From an uncultured Clostridia bacterium (GTDB lineage: Bacteria > Bacillota > Clostridia > TANB77 > CAG-508), in contig CANRBI010000001.1 of NCBI GenBank assembly GCA_947628775.1, forward strand, positions 4,730-68,729: 64,000 bases of DNA, in the 5' to 3' direction. The notes under the pieces are model-generated. The model saw nothing but the letters and a program-made list of their open reading frames with translations. It was not told where the DNA came from and searched no databases. Shown here piece after piece: positions 56,464 to 64,000 of the stretch. The position numbers and the translations under genes are program-made. How positions within the stretch are numbered: the first letter of the stretch is position 1; every line of letters starts with the position of its first letter.

Positions 56464-57990
56464 ATGGGACAAACAGGCAGGAGATATGACCAAGAGCCAA
56501 AATTAAATATAAAAAAAGTATTTGCAGTTATATTAGCAATTTTAGTTATTATAATGTTTGTATATATTATAAAAGGATTTTTTGATAAAAAAGACAAAGA
56601 AAAATCAGGTATAACAAGTTCAACATATTTTACAATATTCAAAAATGATAGATGGGGTATTATGGATGAAAATGAAAATATGATAATTGACCCAGCATAT
56701 CAAGAAATGCTAATAGTACCAAATCCTAAAATAGATGTATTTTTATGTACATATGATGTAGATTATGAAACAGGAGAATATAAAACAAAAGTCTTAAATA
56801 GTGAAAATGAAGAGATTTTTAAAGATTATGAATTAGTAGAAGCTATTACAAATAAAGATGATACAGATACAATGTGGTATGAAGAAAATGTATTAAAAGT
56901 AAAAAAAGATAACAAATATGGTCTAATTGATTTAAAAGGAAAACTTTTATTAGAACCACAATATGATGAAATTACGCCAGTTGTTGGAATAAAGGGAGCA
57001 TTAAAAATAAAACAAAATGACAAATATGGTATTGTAGGAGATGATGGAAGTGTTGTTGTAGAACCTAAATATGAAGATATCACAATATTAGGGGAAGACA
57101 ACAAATCAGGTTATATAATAAAACAAGACAATCTATATGGAATAATAGATTATTCTTCAAAAGAAATATTAGAACCAAAATATGATGAAATTTCTAAAGT
57201 ACATTCTACTGATTTATATTATGTAACAGAAGGTGGTACAAAAAAACTTGTAAATACTGAAAAAAATGATGTACTAACAACAGGTTTTGATGAAATAACT
57301 CAAATACTAGATTCATCTGAAAATAGTGTTATATTTAAGAAAGACGAAAAATATGGCATTATGAATATAGATGGAACAGTTGCCTTAGAACCAAAATATG
57401 ATGATTTAAAAGAAGCAAAAGTAGGTAGTTTTATAGCAAAAAAAGATAATAAATATGGAATAATTGATACACAAGATCAAACATTACTTGAATTCAAATA
57501 TGAAAATATAGTATATCAAAAAGATGCAGACTTATATATAGCAGATAATCAAAATTTCGAATCAGAAATTATAGATAATACATATAAAACACAATTATCA
57601 GGAATGTTGCTTGATTTCAACAATGATGAAGGATATATAAAAATGATTATAAATGATGAACGAAAATACTATACTTTCAAATTTGAAGAAAAGCAAGACA
57701 CAGAAATACTAAAAAATCAGAATTTATACTTAAGAAAAAAAGACGGAAAATATGGTTTTGTTGATAAAGAAGGTAATGTAGTTGTAGACTATATATATGA
57801 TGATGTAACAGAACAAAATTCATATGGATATGCAGGAATAAAAAAAGATGGAAAATGGGGTTCAATAAATAGTAAAGGAGAAGTTATACAAGAACCAACA
57901 TATGATTTAGAAAATTATTTATTAGTAGATTTTATAGGAAGATGGCATTTAGGTAAAGATGTAAATATGAATTATTATAACCAAATGTAA
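56464..57990 (+). CDS. WG-repeat (KWG-type) containing membrane-anchored protein.
   Basis: N-terminal TM anchor, then at least 8 repeats of the type KYG(L/I)ID..G..(V/L).EPKYD(E/D)I (WG_beta_rep pattern). The ATG lies 5 nt after the RBS agaggtgg and starts 12 nt after the spoIIE stop. Confidence 0.7.
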   Translation: MGQTGRRYDQEPKLNIKKVFAVILAILVIIMFVYIIKGFFDKKDKEKSGITSSTYFTIFKNDRWGIMDENENMIIDPAYQEMLIVPNPKIDVFLCTYDVDYETGEYKTKVLNSENEEIFKDYELVEAITNKDDTDTMWYEENVLKVKKDNKYGLIDLKGKLLLEPQYDEITPVVGIKGALKIKQNDKYGIVGDDGSVVVEPKYEDITILGEDNKSGYIIKQDNLYGIIDYSSKEILEPKYDEISKVHSTDLYYVTEGGTKKLVNTEKNDVLTTGFDEITQILDSSENSVIFKKDEKYGIMNIDGTVALEPKYDDLKEAKVGSFIAKKDNKYGIIDTQDQTLLEFKYENIVYQKDADLYIADNQNFESEIIDNTYKTQLSGMLLDFNNDEGYIKMIINDERKYYTFKFEEKQDTEILKNQNLYLRKKDGKYGFVDKEGNVVVDYIYDDVTEQNSYGYAGIKKDGKWGSINSKGEVIQEPTYDLENYLLVDFIGRWHLGKDVNMNYYNQM

Positions 57991-58016
57991 TATTTTTGGA
58001 AAGGATAGCTTACTAT

Positions 58017-58394
58017 ATGAAAATTAGTTGTGGAACAGACATTATAGAAATAGATAGAATAAAAGATTCAATAGAAAATATGGGTAAACCATTTTTAGAT
58101 AGAGTATTTACTGATAAAGAGACTCAATATTGTGAGTCAAAAAACAAGCAAAAATATCAGCATTATGCTGCTAGATTTGCTGCTAAAGAAGCGACCTTTA
58201 AAGCTGTTTCTTGTATTTTAAATGATAAATATTCTATAACATGGAAAGATATAGAAATAATAAATGATAACTTAGGAAGACCGCAAATTAAATTATATAA
58301 TTTTAAACAAAAAGATATGATTGAAAATATAGATATAAGTATATCACACTGCAGAACTTATGCAGTAGCATATGTAGTAGTATTATATAAATAA
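58017..58394 (+). CDS. acpS: Holo-[acyl-carrier-protein] synthase (4'-phosphopantetheinyl transferase AcpS).
   Basis: MKISCGTDIIEIDRI...FTDKE..YC......HYAARFAAKEATFKA...ISISHCRTYAVAYVV, typical of AcpS. ATG 58017 is preferred over the upstream TTG 57996 of the track ORF. Confidence 0.75.
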   Translation: MKISCGTDIIEIDRIKDSIENMGKPFLDRVFTDKETQYCESKNKQKYQHYAARFAAKEATFKAVSCILNDKYSITWKDIEIINDNLGRPQIKLYNFKQKDMIENIDISISHCRTYAVAYVVVLYK

Positions 58395-58410
58395 TATGAG
58401 AGGGAATATA

Positions 58411-59202
58411 ATGTTTTTATTTGATAGTCATGCACATTTAGATGATGAAAAATTTAATCAAGACAGAGATGAACTAATACAAAAAATAAAACAAGAAGGT
58501 ATTGAAAAATTCATATCAGCAGGATACAGCTTAGAGGCATCTCAAAAAGCAATAGAACTTGCAAAAAAATATGATTATATATATGCAACATGTGGCATTT
58601 CTCCAAATGATATTCCACAAACTGAAGAAGAATTGTGGAAACAAGTTGGACAAATTGAAGAATTAGCAAAAAGTGAGAAAAAAGTAGTTGCAATAGGAGA
58701 AATAGGATTAGACTACTATTGGGAAAAAGATGAAACAAGAAAAGACCTACAACGAAAGGCATTTATTAAACAAATAGAAATTGCCAATAAACTACAATTA
58801 CCAATAGTAATACATACAAGAGATGCAATAATGGATACAATCGAAATATTAAAATCAAATGAGGTAAACAAAAAAGGAGTATTTCATTGTTGTCCACAAA
58901 ATAGAGAATTAATAAAAGAAGCACTAAAATTAGGATTTTACATATCATTTGCAGGACCAATAACATTCAAAAATTCAAAAAATGCAGATGAAATGATAAA
59001 ACTTGTGCCAAATGACAAAATTTTAATAGAAACAGACAGTCCATACCTAGCGCCAGAACCAGTAAGAGGAATACGAAATGACCCAAGAAATGTAAAATAT
59101 ATTGCAAATAAAATAGCAAATGTCAAAGAAATTTCATTAGAACAAATTGCTAAAATGACTTATGAAAATGCATGCAATATTTTTGGAATAAAAAATTTAT
59201 AA
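58411..59202 (+). CDS. tatD: TatD-family metal-dependent hydrolase/DNase (YabD-like).
   Basis: MFLFDSHAHLDDEKF...GEIGLDYYW...VIHTRDA... matches TatD motifs. The ATG lies 6 nt after the RBS gagaggg. Confidence 0.85.
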   Translation: MFLFDSHAHLDDEKFNQDRDELIQKIKQEGIEKFISAGYSLEASQKAIELAKKYDYIYATCGISPNDIPQTEEELWKQVGQIEELAKSEKKVVAIGEIGLDYYWEKDETRKDLQRKAFIKQIEIANKLQLPIVIHTRDAIMDTIEILKSNEVNKKGVFHCCPQNRELIKEALKLGFYISFAGPITFKNSKNADEMIKLVPNDKILIETDSPYLAPEPVRGIRNDPRNVKYIANKIANVKEISLEQIAKMTYENACNIFGIKNL

Positions 59203-59279
59203 ATAAAAAAAGGTTATAAATACACGAGTTCATGAATATATTATTACTAGAAGTCGCCTAGGACAAGACTTATCAAAAT

Positions 59280-59308
59280 TTGACAAGAAGTGTCAAATAT
59301 GGTATAAT
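59280..59308 (+). promoter_or_regulatory. Consensus sigma-A promoter with extended -10 (TTGACA-17-TGgTATAAT).
   Basis: ttgaca at 59280-59285, a 17-nt spacer, tataat at 59303-59308 preceded by tgg. The -35 box is embedded in the palindrome ttgacaagaagtgtcaa. It lies upstream of the yabE-like gene. Confidence 0.6.
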
Positions 59309-59342
59309 ATAGAAGTATTGCCAAAGGAGGTAAAAGATAATC

Positions 59343-60359
59343 ATGAAAAACAAAGAAAACGCTTCACTGTCTATAATGAAAATTATATGTGTAAGCATTA
59401 TCTTAATATTAATATCAGGAATTGGAGTCTTAGCGGTAAATACAAATGTTACAGATGTCAAAATAATTTTACAAAATGGATATGAAATGACAGCTTTAAC
59501 ATCAAAAGAAAAAGTATCTGATATTTTACAAGAAAACAATATCATTTTAGAAGAAAACCAAAAGACAATACCAGACCTAGACGAAACTGTTACGGAAGGT
59601 TCAGTTATAAGAATTACAGACAAATCATATAATGAAATAGAAATTGCAGAAGTTTCTGAAGAAGGAGTTCAAACATCACTAGATGATTTAATGCAAAATT
59701 ATGCACCAATTACAGAAAAAATAGTAGTAGAACAAGTAGCAATACCATATGAAACTATAACAAAAAATGTAGCAGGAACAGAAGCAGATACACAAAGTAA
59801 AGTATTACAACAAGGAGTAGAAGGCTTAAAAGAAATTACTTATAAAATAAAATATCAAAATGATGTAGAAATAGAAAAAATAGTATTATCAGAAGTAGTA
59901 GTAAAAGAACCAGTAAATAAAATAGTCCAAGTAAACAAAAAAGTAATTACAACAAGAGGTTCAACAACACCAAGAACAGCAACAACAGCTGTATCATATG
60001 GAGGAGGACAATGGTCATATTCAGCAAGTGATTTTGACCTACTATGTGCAATAACAGCACAAGAATCAGGTTCAAGTTATGCAGGAGCATTAGCAGTAAT
60101 AACAACAGCATGTAACAGAGCACAAAGTGGAAAATGGGCATCAAATGGTTCAGATCCACTAAGCCAATACAAAGCAAGAGGTCAATTCTGCTATTCAATT
60201 GATAATCATTGGAGAAACAAATTAAATGGAAACTATCCATCATACGTAGCACAAGCCGTAACAGACGCACTAAACGGAAAACGAAGTCACAACTACCTAT
60301 CATTCCGAGCAGCAGGTACACACTCAGGAGTATATATAGGTGGAAACGTATATTTCTAA
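59343..60359 (+). CDS. YabE-like secreted cell-wall protein: signal anchor, DUF348 (ubiquitin-like), G5 domain, and a C-terminal SleB/CwlJ-like hydrolase-type domain.
   Basis: DUF348 VKIILQNGYEMTALTSKEKVSDIL and the G5-like block YKIKYQNDVEIEKIVLSEVVVKEPVNKIVQV. The C-terminus LLCAITAQESGSSYAGALAVITTACNRAQSG resembles the Hydrolase_2 core. Gene order tatD-yabE is as in B. subtilis yabD-yabE. Confidence 0.6.
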   Translation: MKNKENASLSIMKIICVSIILILISGIGVLAVNTNVTDVKIILQNGYEMTALTSKEKVSDILQENNIILEENQKTIPDLDETVTEGSVIRITDKSYNEIEIAEVSEEGVQTSLDDLMQNYAPITEKIVVEQVAIPYETITKNVAGTEADTQSKVLQQGVEGLKEITYKIKYQNDVEIEKIVLSEVVVKEPVNKIVQVNKKVITTRGSTTPRTATTAVSYGGGQWSYSASDFDLLCAITAQESGSSYAGALAVITTACNRAQSGKWASNGSDPLSQYKARGQFCYSIDNHWRNKLNGNYPSYVAQAVTDALNGKRSHNYLSFRAAGTHSGVYIGGNVYF

Positions 60360-60370
60360 AAAGAAAAACA

Positions 60371-60395
60371 AAGAGGGTTCCTATCTGAGGGTGCC
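60371..60395 (+). repeat. 25-nt intergenic motif, copy 1 (second copy at 61094..61118; 24/25 identical).
   Basis: aagagggttcctatctgagggtgcc immediately after the yabE-like stop, followed by a T-run (ctttttttg). Confidence 0.6.
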
Positions 60396-60527
60396 TTTTT
60401 TGTTTAACACTATTACTGTTATATTAATAAAAATATTTTTTTGACTTATTAAAAAATTTTATATAGTAGTAGTAAAATACTTTATATTATGTTATAATAA
60501 AAATATTAAAGAGGAGAGTGATTAATA

Positions 60528-60800
60528 ATGATGTATCCATATGTTAAATATGCAGATGAAACAGAAGTTGTTTTTTCAAATATATATATTGAAAATGATA
60601 TAGAATGTATAGATGTACATTTTGAACGACCTACTGAAAGTGGTTTTGATTCTGTTAGAATACAATTACCAACATATAAAGTAACAGTATGGGAAGGTAA
60701 TTATAGTAATGAAGAAATAGAATTTTTTAAACAAGTTGTTCAAAATAGTGCAGACTTATTTTACAAATATGCAAAAGAAGGAGGACTTAAAATTGCCTAG
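60528..60800 (+). CDS. Hypothetical small protein (90 aa).
   Basis: RBS agaggagag about 10 nt before ATG 60528. No recognised domain. Tightly linked (5-nt gap) to the following DUF4160-like ORF. Confidence 0.45.
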   Translation: MMYPYVKYADETEVVFSNIYIENDIECIDVHFERPTESGFDSVRIQLPTYKVTVWEGNYSNEEIEFFKQVVQNSADLFYKYAKEGGLKIA

Positions 60801-60805
60801 TCTAT

Positions 60806-61081
60806 TTGAATGCTATCGGCTATAAAATATATTTTTGGTCTAATGAAAACGATGAACCTATTCATATTCATATTTCAAAAGGAAAATTAACTCAAAATTC
60901 TACTAAAATTTGGTTAACCAAAACAGGTGGATGCATAATAGCAAATAATAAAAGTAAAATTCCAGAATATGAATTAAATAGACTTTTAGATGTAATTTCT
61001 AAACACTATTTTTTAATTATTTCTAAGTGGAAAGAATACTACAAAATAGAAAATGTAGCTGATATTAAATTTTATTGTTAA
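60806..61081 (+). CDS. DUF4160-like small protein (TTG start).
   Basis: IYFWSNENDEPIHIHISKGK...KIWLTKTGGCIIANNKSKIPEYELNRLLDVISKHYFLIISKWKEY fits the DUF4160 pattern (I.F..ND..PHFH....GE..L.G.LP...L..V.EW...H...L...W). No upstream RBS, so the start is uncertain. Confidence 0.45.
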   Translation: MNAIGYKIYFWSNENDEPIHIHISKGKLTQNSTKIWLTKTGGCIIANNKSKIPEYELNRLLDVISKHYFLIISKWKEYYKIENVADIKFYC

Positions 61082-61093
61082 TAACATTAATCA

Positions 61094-61118
61094 AGAGGGT
61101 TCCTATCTAAGGGTGCCC
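61094..61118 (+). repeat. 25-nt intergenic motif, copy 2.
   Basis: aagagggttcctatctaagggtgcc. Here it folds as agaggg...ccctct followed by ttttt (terminator-like). Confidence 0.6.
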
Positions 61119-61130
61119 TCTTTTTAACTA

Positions 61131-61165
61131 AAGAACCCAACTCTGATTTGAGTTGGGTTCTTTGG
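61131..61165 (+). terminator. Perfect 12-bp hairpin (terminator-like) upstream of xth.
   Basis: agaacccaactc tgattt gagttgggttct followed by ttgg attt. It forms a second hairpin in the same intergenic region as motif copy 2. Confidence 0.5.
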
Positions 61166-61197
61166 ATTTATAAATTGGTCTATTATAAAAAAGAGGA

Positions 61198-61226
61198 TTG
61201 CGAAATTCACAAAAATGTGATATGAT
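61198..61226 (+). promoter_or_regulatory. Sigma-A-type promoter for xth (TTGCGA-17-TGaTATGAT).
   Basis: ttgcga at 61198-61203, a 17-nt spacer, tatgat at 61221-61226 preceded by tga. Confidence 0.45.
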
Positions 61227-61259
61227 ACCAACGATAGAAAGAAGGGCAGGTGCATATTT

Positions 61260-62015
61260 ATGAGATGTATATCATGGAATGTTAATGGAATAAGAGCATG
61301 TATTAATAAAGGATTTTATGATTTTTTTCAAGAAATAGATGCTGATATTTTTTGTATACAAGAAACAAAATGTCAACCAGACCAAGTAGATCTAAGTATG
61401 AAAGGATATATGGTATATCTTAATAGTGCAGAACGTAAAGGATATTCTGGTACAGCAATATATACAAAAAAGAAACCAATAAATGTAACATATGGAATTG
61501 GAATAGAAGAACATGACAAAGAAGGAAGAGTCATAACACTAGAATTTGAAAATTTTTATTTAGTAACAATATACACACCAAATTCTAAAAGAGAACTAGA
61601 AAGATTAGAATATAGACAAATTTGGGAAGATGAAATAAGAAGATATTTACTAGAACTAGACTCAAAAAAACCAGTAATAATGTGTGGTGACTTAAATGTA
61701 GCACACAATGAAATAGATTTAAAAAATCCAAAAACAAATAGAGGAAATGCAGGATTCACAGATGAAGAAAGAGAAAAAATGACAGAATTACTAAAGGTAG
61801 GTTTTGTAGACACATATAGATATCAATATCCAGATAAAGAAGATGCCTATACATGGTGGTCATATATGGGAAAAGCACGTGAGAAAAACGTAGGGTGGAG
61901 AATTGATTATTTTATAGTATCTGACAAAATAAAAGACAAAATTCAAGATGCAACAATATATCCTGAAGTATATGGAAGTGACCATTGTCCAGTAGGATTA
62001 GAAATCGATTTATAA
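61260..62015 (+). CDS. xth: Exodeoxyribonuclease III (AP endonuclease, Xth/ExoA family).
   Basis: SWNVNG...CIQETK...GDLNVAHNEIDL...WW.Y...R..N.GWRIDY...SDHCPV are canonical ExoIII motifs; the protein is 251 aa. Confidence 0.9.
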   Translation: MRCISWNVNGIRACINKGFYDFFQEIDADIFCIQETKCQPDQVDLSMKGYMVYLNSAERKGYSGTAIYTKKKPINVTYGIGIEEHDKEGRVITLEFENFYLVTIYTPNSKRELERLEYRQIWEDEIRRYLLELDSKKPVIMCGDLNVAHNEIDLKNPKTNRGNAGFTDEEREKMTELLKVGFVDTYRYQYPDKEDAYTWWSYMGKAREKNVGWRIDYFIVSDKIKDKIQDATIYPEVYGSDHCPVGLEIDL

Positions 62016-62062
62016 AAAATATAGAAAGATAATTATATCATGCATTAACATAATTATCTATG

Positions 62063-62084
62063 AAGGTTTATGGGTAACCTTTTA
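62063..62084 (+). terminator. Small Rho-independent terminator after xth, preceded by a 10-bp perfect hairpin at about 62023-62055.
   Basis: aaggtt tatgggt aacctt followed by ttaaaaa. An upstream hairpin is agataattat ... ataattatct. Confidence 0.4.
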
Positions 62085-62118
62085 AAAACCTAAATCTATT
62101 ATACAAGGAGAGGTCAAT

Positions 62119-63219
62119 ATGAAAGAAATGAAAAATACGTGGAAAAATAAAATTGCATGGTTTATATGGGCAGTTGCTGTTATATTAGTATATAAATTAG
62201 TAGATAATTTTAATAATGTACAGCAATGGTTTGAAACATTTTTCAGAGTTCTTAGACCATTTCTATCAGGTATACTTATAGCATATATTTTAATTTTACC
62301 ATGTAAAGCAATAGAACAAACATTTAAAACATCAAAAACAAAATTTTTATCAAAACATTCAAGAGGACTAGGTGTATTTACAACGTATTTAATAGCATTA
62401 CTAATAATAATCATCATAATAAATTTCATATTCCCAGTATTAAAAGATAGTATAGTAGAATTTTTTAGCAATATACAAGGTTATTATGAAACAGCAATAC
62501 GTAAATTAGATGAATTACCAGAAGATTCATTTTTAAAAAGTGATGTTGCAATGAGTATAGTAACCCAAATACAAAACACAGATATACAGCAACTACTAAG
62601 TTTAAATAATGAAAAAATAATGGAATATGTGCAAAATTTATTTAATGTATTTTTAGCAATATTTGATATATTTGTATCAATTATAGTTTCAGCATATATT
62701 TTATTACAAAGAACAGAAATTATAAACTTTTTCAAAAAAATGGTAAAAAAATATTGCAACCAAAAAGTGTATGATTATTTAGACAAATATTTTGGCAAAG
62801 CAAATGAACTATTTTTCAAATTTATAGGAGGTCAAATAATAGATGCATTTATAATAGGAATATTATCAACTGTTGCAATGTCAATAATAGGAGTAAAATA
62901 TGCACCATTACTTGGATTTTTGATTGGATTATTTAATATCATACCATACATAGGAGCGATAGTTGCAGTAGGTATAGCAGTATTAGTAACATTTATAACA
63001 GGAGGATTAGCCCAAACTTTAGTTATGGCAATTGTAGTAATTATATTACAACAAATAGATGCAAATATTATTAATCCAAAAATAATAGGAAATCAACTAA
63101 AAATAAGTCCACTATTAGTCATATTTTCTGTAACAATAGGAGGAGCCTATTTTGGTGTAGCTGGAATGTTCCTAGCAGTACCAGTAGCAGCAATTATAAA
63201 ATTAGCTGTTGAAGATTAA
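62119..63219 (+). CDS. AI-2E family transporter (PerM/YdiK-like, UPF0118).
   Basis: 366 aa with about 8 TM segments. The conserved C-terminal region reads GLFNIIPYIGAIVAVGIAVLV...AGMFLAVPVAA. RBS aggagagg precedes ATG 62119. Confidence 0.7.
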   Translation: MKEMKNTWKNKIAWFIWAVAVILVYKLVDNFNNVQQWFETFFRVLRPFLSGILIAYILILPCKAIEQTFKTSKTKFLSKHSRGLGVFTTYLIALLIIIIIINFIFPVLKDSIVEFFSNIQGYYETAIRKLDELPEDSFLKSDVAMSIVTQIQNTDIQQLLSLNNEKIMEYVQNLFNVFLAIFDIFVSIIVSAYILLQRTEIINFFKKMVKKYCNQKVYDYLDKYFGKANELFFKFIGGQIIDAFIIGILSTVAMSIIGVKYAPLLGFLIGLFNIIPYIGAIVAVGIAVLVTFITGGLAQTLVMAIVVIILQQIDANIINPKIIGNQLKISPLLVIFSVTIGGAYFGVAGMFLAVPVAAIIKLAVED

Positions 63220-63229
63220 TATAAATAAA

Positions 63230-63275
63230 AAGAAGTTACTAAACATCTAAAAATTTTAGTAACTTCTTTTTTTCA
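63230..63275. terminator. Terminator between the convergent AI-2E transporter and small-export-protein genes.
   Basis: aagaagttactaaa / tttagtaacttctt 14-bp stem followed by a T7 run. Confidence 0.7.
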
Positions 63276-63279
63276 AATA

Positions 63280-63319
63280 CAACAAGGTTCTGGGGATACC
63301 CACTGCAATCTTTGATTGC
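63280..63319 (-). repeat. 40-bp dispersed intergenic repeat, copy 2 (exact reverse complement of 33789..33828).
   Basis: caacaaggttctggggatacccactgcaatctttgattgc, located between the terminator and the stop of the convergent minus-strand gene. Confidence 0.7.
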
Positions 63320-63344
63320 CTAATTGGTCAGGTTCTTATTTAAT

Positions 63345-63845
63345 TTAAACTCTTTGTAATAAATATTGAATTCCTCCATTAGCTATTGCTGTAAGTGATA
63401 ATATAATTATGCCTGCAACCAATACACCAATTATTATTGGAGGTATTGCCTTTTTAGGTGGTAATTCAAGAAAATTCGCAATTAAAGATCCTACCCAAGC
63501 TCCTGTACCAGGTAGAGGTATTGCTACAAAAAGAAACAAACCTAAAGCTGCAAAGTTTTGTAAACGAGGGTTATTTTCTATATTTTTAGTAGCTTTTTCT
63601 GAAGCCCAATCTATAATTTTTTTAAAAGGTTTCCATCTGCCAAAAAAATCAAAAAGAGGTCTTATAAACTTAACAATAAAATATACAGGTATAATATTTC
63701 CAATAAAACTACAAATAAAAGACTCTAAGTAATTTAAGTGAAATGTGAATACCCCTACAGGTATAGCACCTCTTAATTCAATAATAGGTATCATACCAAT
63801 AAATCCAGTTAATAAATATTTTACAATCATAGGTAAAGTTGACAT
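63345..63845 (-). CDS. Small multidrug export protein family (COG2426 / Sm_multidrug_ex-like) membrane protein.
   Basis: 166 aa with 4 TM segments. Motif GMIPIIELRGAIPVGV near the N-terminus and LPGTGAWVGSLIANFL. Confidence 0.55.
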   Translation of the reverse strand: MSTLPMIVKYLLTGFIGMIPIIELRGAIPVGVFTFHLNYLESFICSFIGNIIPVYFIVKFIRPLFDFFGRWKPFKKIIDWASEKATKNIENNPRLQNFAALGLFLFVAIPLPGTGAWVGSLIANFLELPPKKAIPPIIIGVLVAGIIILSLTAIANGGIQYLLQRV

Positions 63846-64000
63846 CTGTTTATCCTTCCTTTTTAATTTAACATTTTTCTTATATCATACATCATATGTT
63901 TTTGTCAAATTTTAATGTCAATTATATAAAATATTCATATACAGCAAAAGAATTCAAACTTTTTGTTTGAATTCATAAGCATAAATGAAATATTTAATTA

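Noticed and set aside
59280-59296. Palindrome ttgacaagaagtgtcaa overlapping the -35 box as an operator.
   Set aside because: It may simply reflect the -35 hexamer plus chance symmetry. There is no second half-site spacing typical of known repressors, so it is noted only within the promoter feature.
33789-63319. The 40-bp inverted repeats as terminal inverted repeats of a 29.5-kb transposon or invertible element.
   Set aside because: The enclosed DNA is core housekeeping/sporulation genes with no transposase, integrase or recombinase. A dispersed intergenic repeat is more plausible, and this is kept as a finding only in that sense.

Overview
Very AT-rich chromosomal window from a low-GC, spore-forming Firmicute, apparently Clostridia-like. 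Recognisable sporulation genes are sleB/ypeB, an α/β-type small acid-soluble spore protein (SASP), two CotF-domain proteins, spoIIE and mecA. Genes are densely packed and mostly on the + strand.

Conserved housekeeping blocks:
- ugtP-like glycosyltransferase (partial), sleB-ypeB, vanW
- murF, a CbpA-type dnaJ-like gene, an sbcD/sbcC-like pair, prfA
- zupT, pcrA
- radC-mreB-mreC-mreD-PBP2-minC
- spoIIE, a WG-repeat protein, acpS, tatD, a yabE-like gene, xth, an AI-2E transporter

About 24 kb (roughly 37% of the window) encodes five giant secreted proteins of 1433-1871 aa. Each has a signal peptide, Cna-B/DUF11-type repeat stalks and a Gram-positive C-terminal sorting signal. They form two paralogous tandem pairs (A1-B1 at 4.77-14.8 kb, A2-B2 at 44.5-53.8 kb) plus one solo protein with MBG repeats (25.1-30.5 kb).
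- Family A and the solo protein end in a proline-less [S/G][V/I]KTG motif.
- Family B ends in xP[P/S]TG and carries an N-terminal Cys...Gln signature consistent with an internal-thioester adhesin domain.
- No sortase gene is present in the window.

Other notable points:
- A VirD4/TraG-type type IV coupling protein (T4CP) gene is split by a +1 frameshift exactly inside its Walker A motif (orphan relic).
- The mre-pbp2-min cluster stops at minC, with no minD/minE, and is followed by N-rich ORFs and the A2-B2 pair.
- Two kinds of short dispersed intergenic repeats occur: a perfect 40-bp inverted pair 29.5 kb apart, and a 25-nt motif present twice.
- The α/β-type SASP gene is 58 aa and falls below the ORF-track cutoff.

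No rRNA, tRNA, CRISPR array, transposase or integrase was seen.
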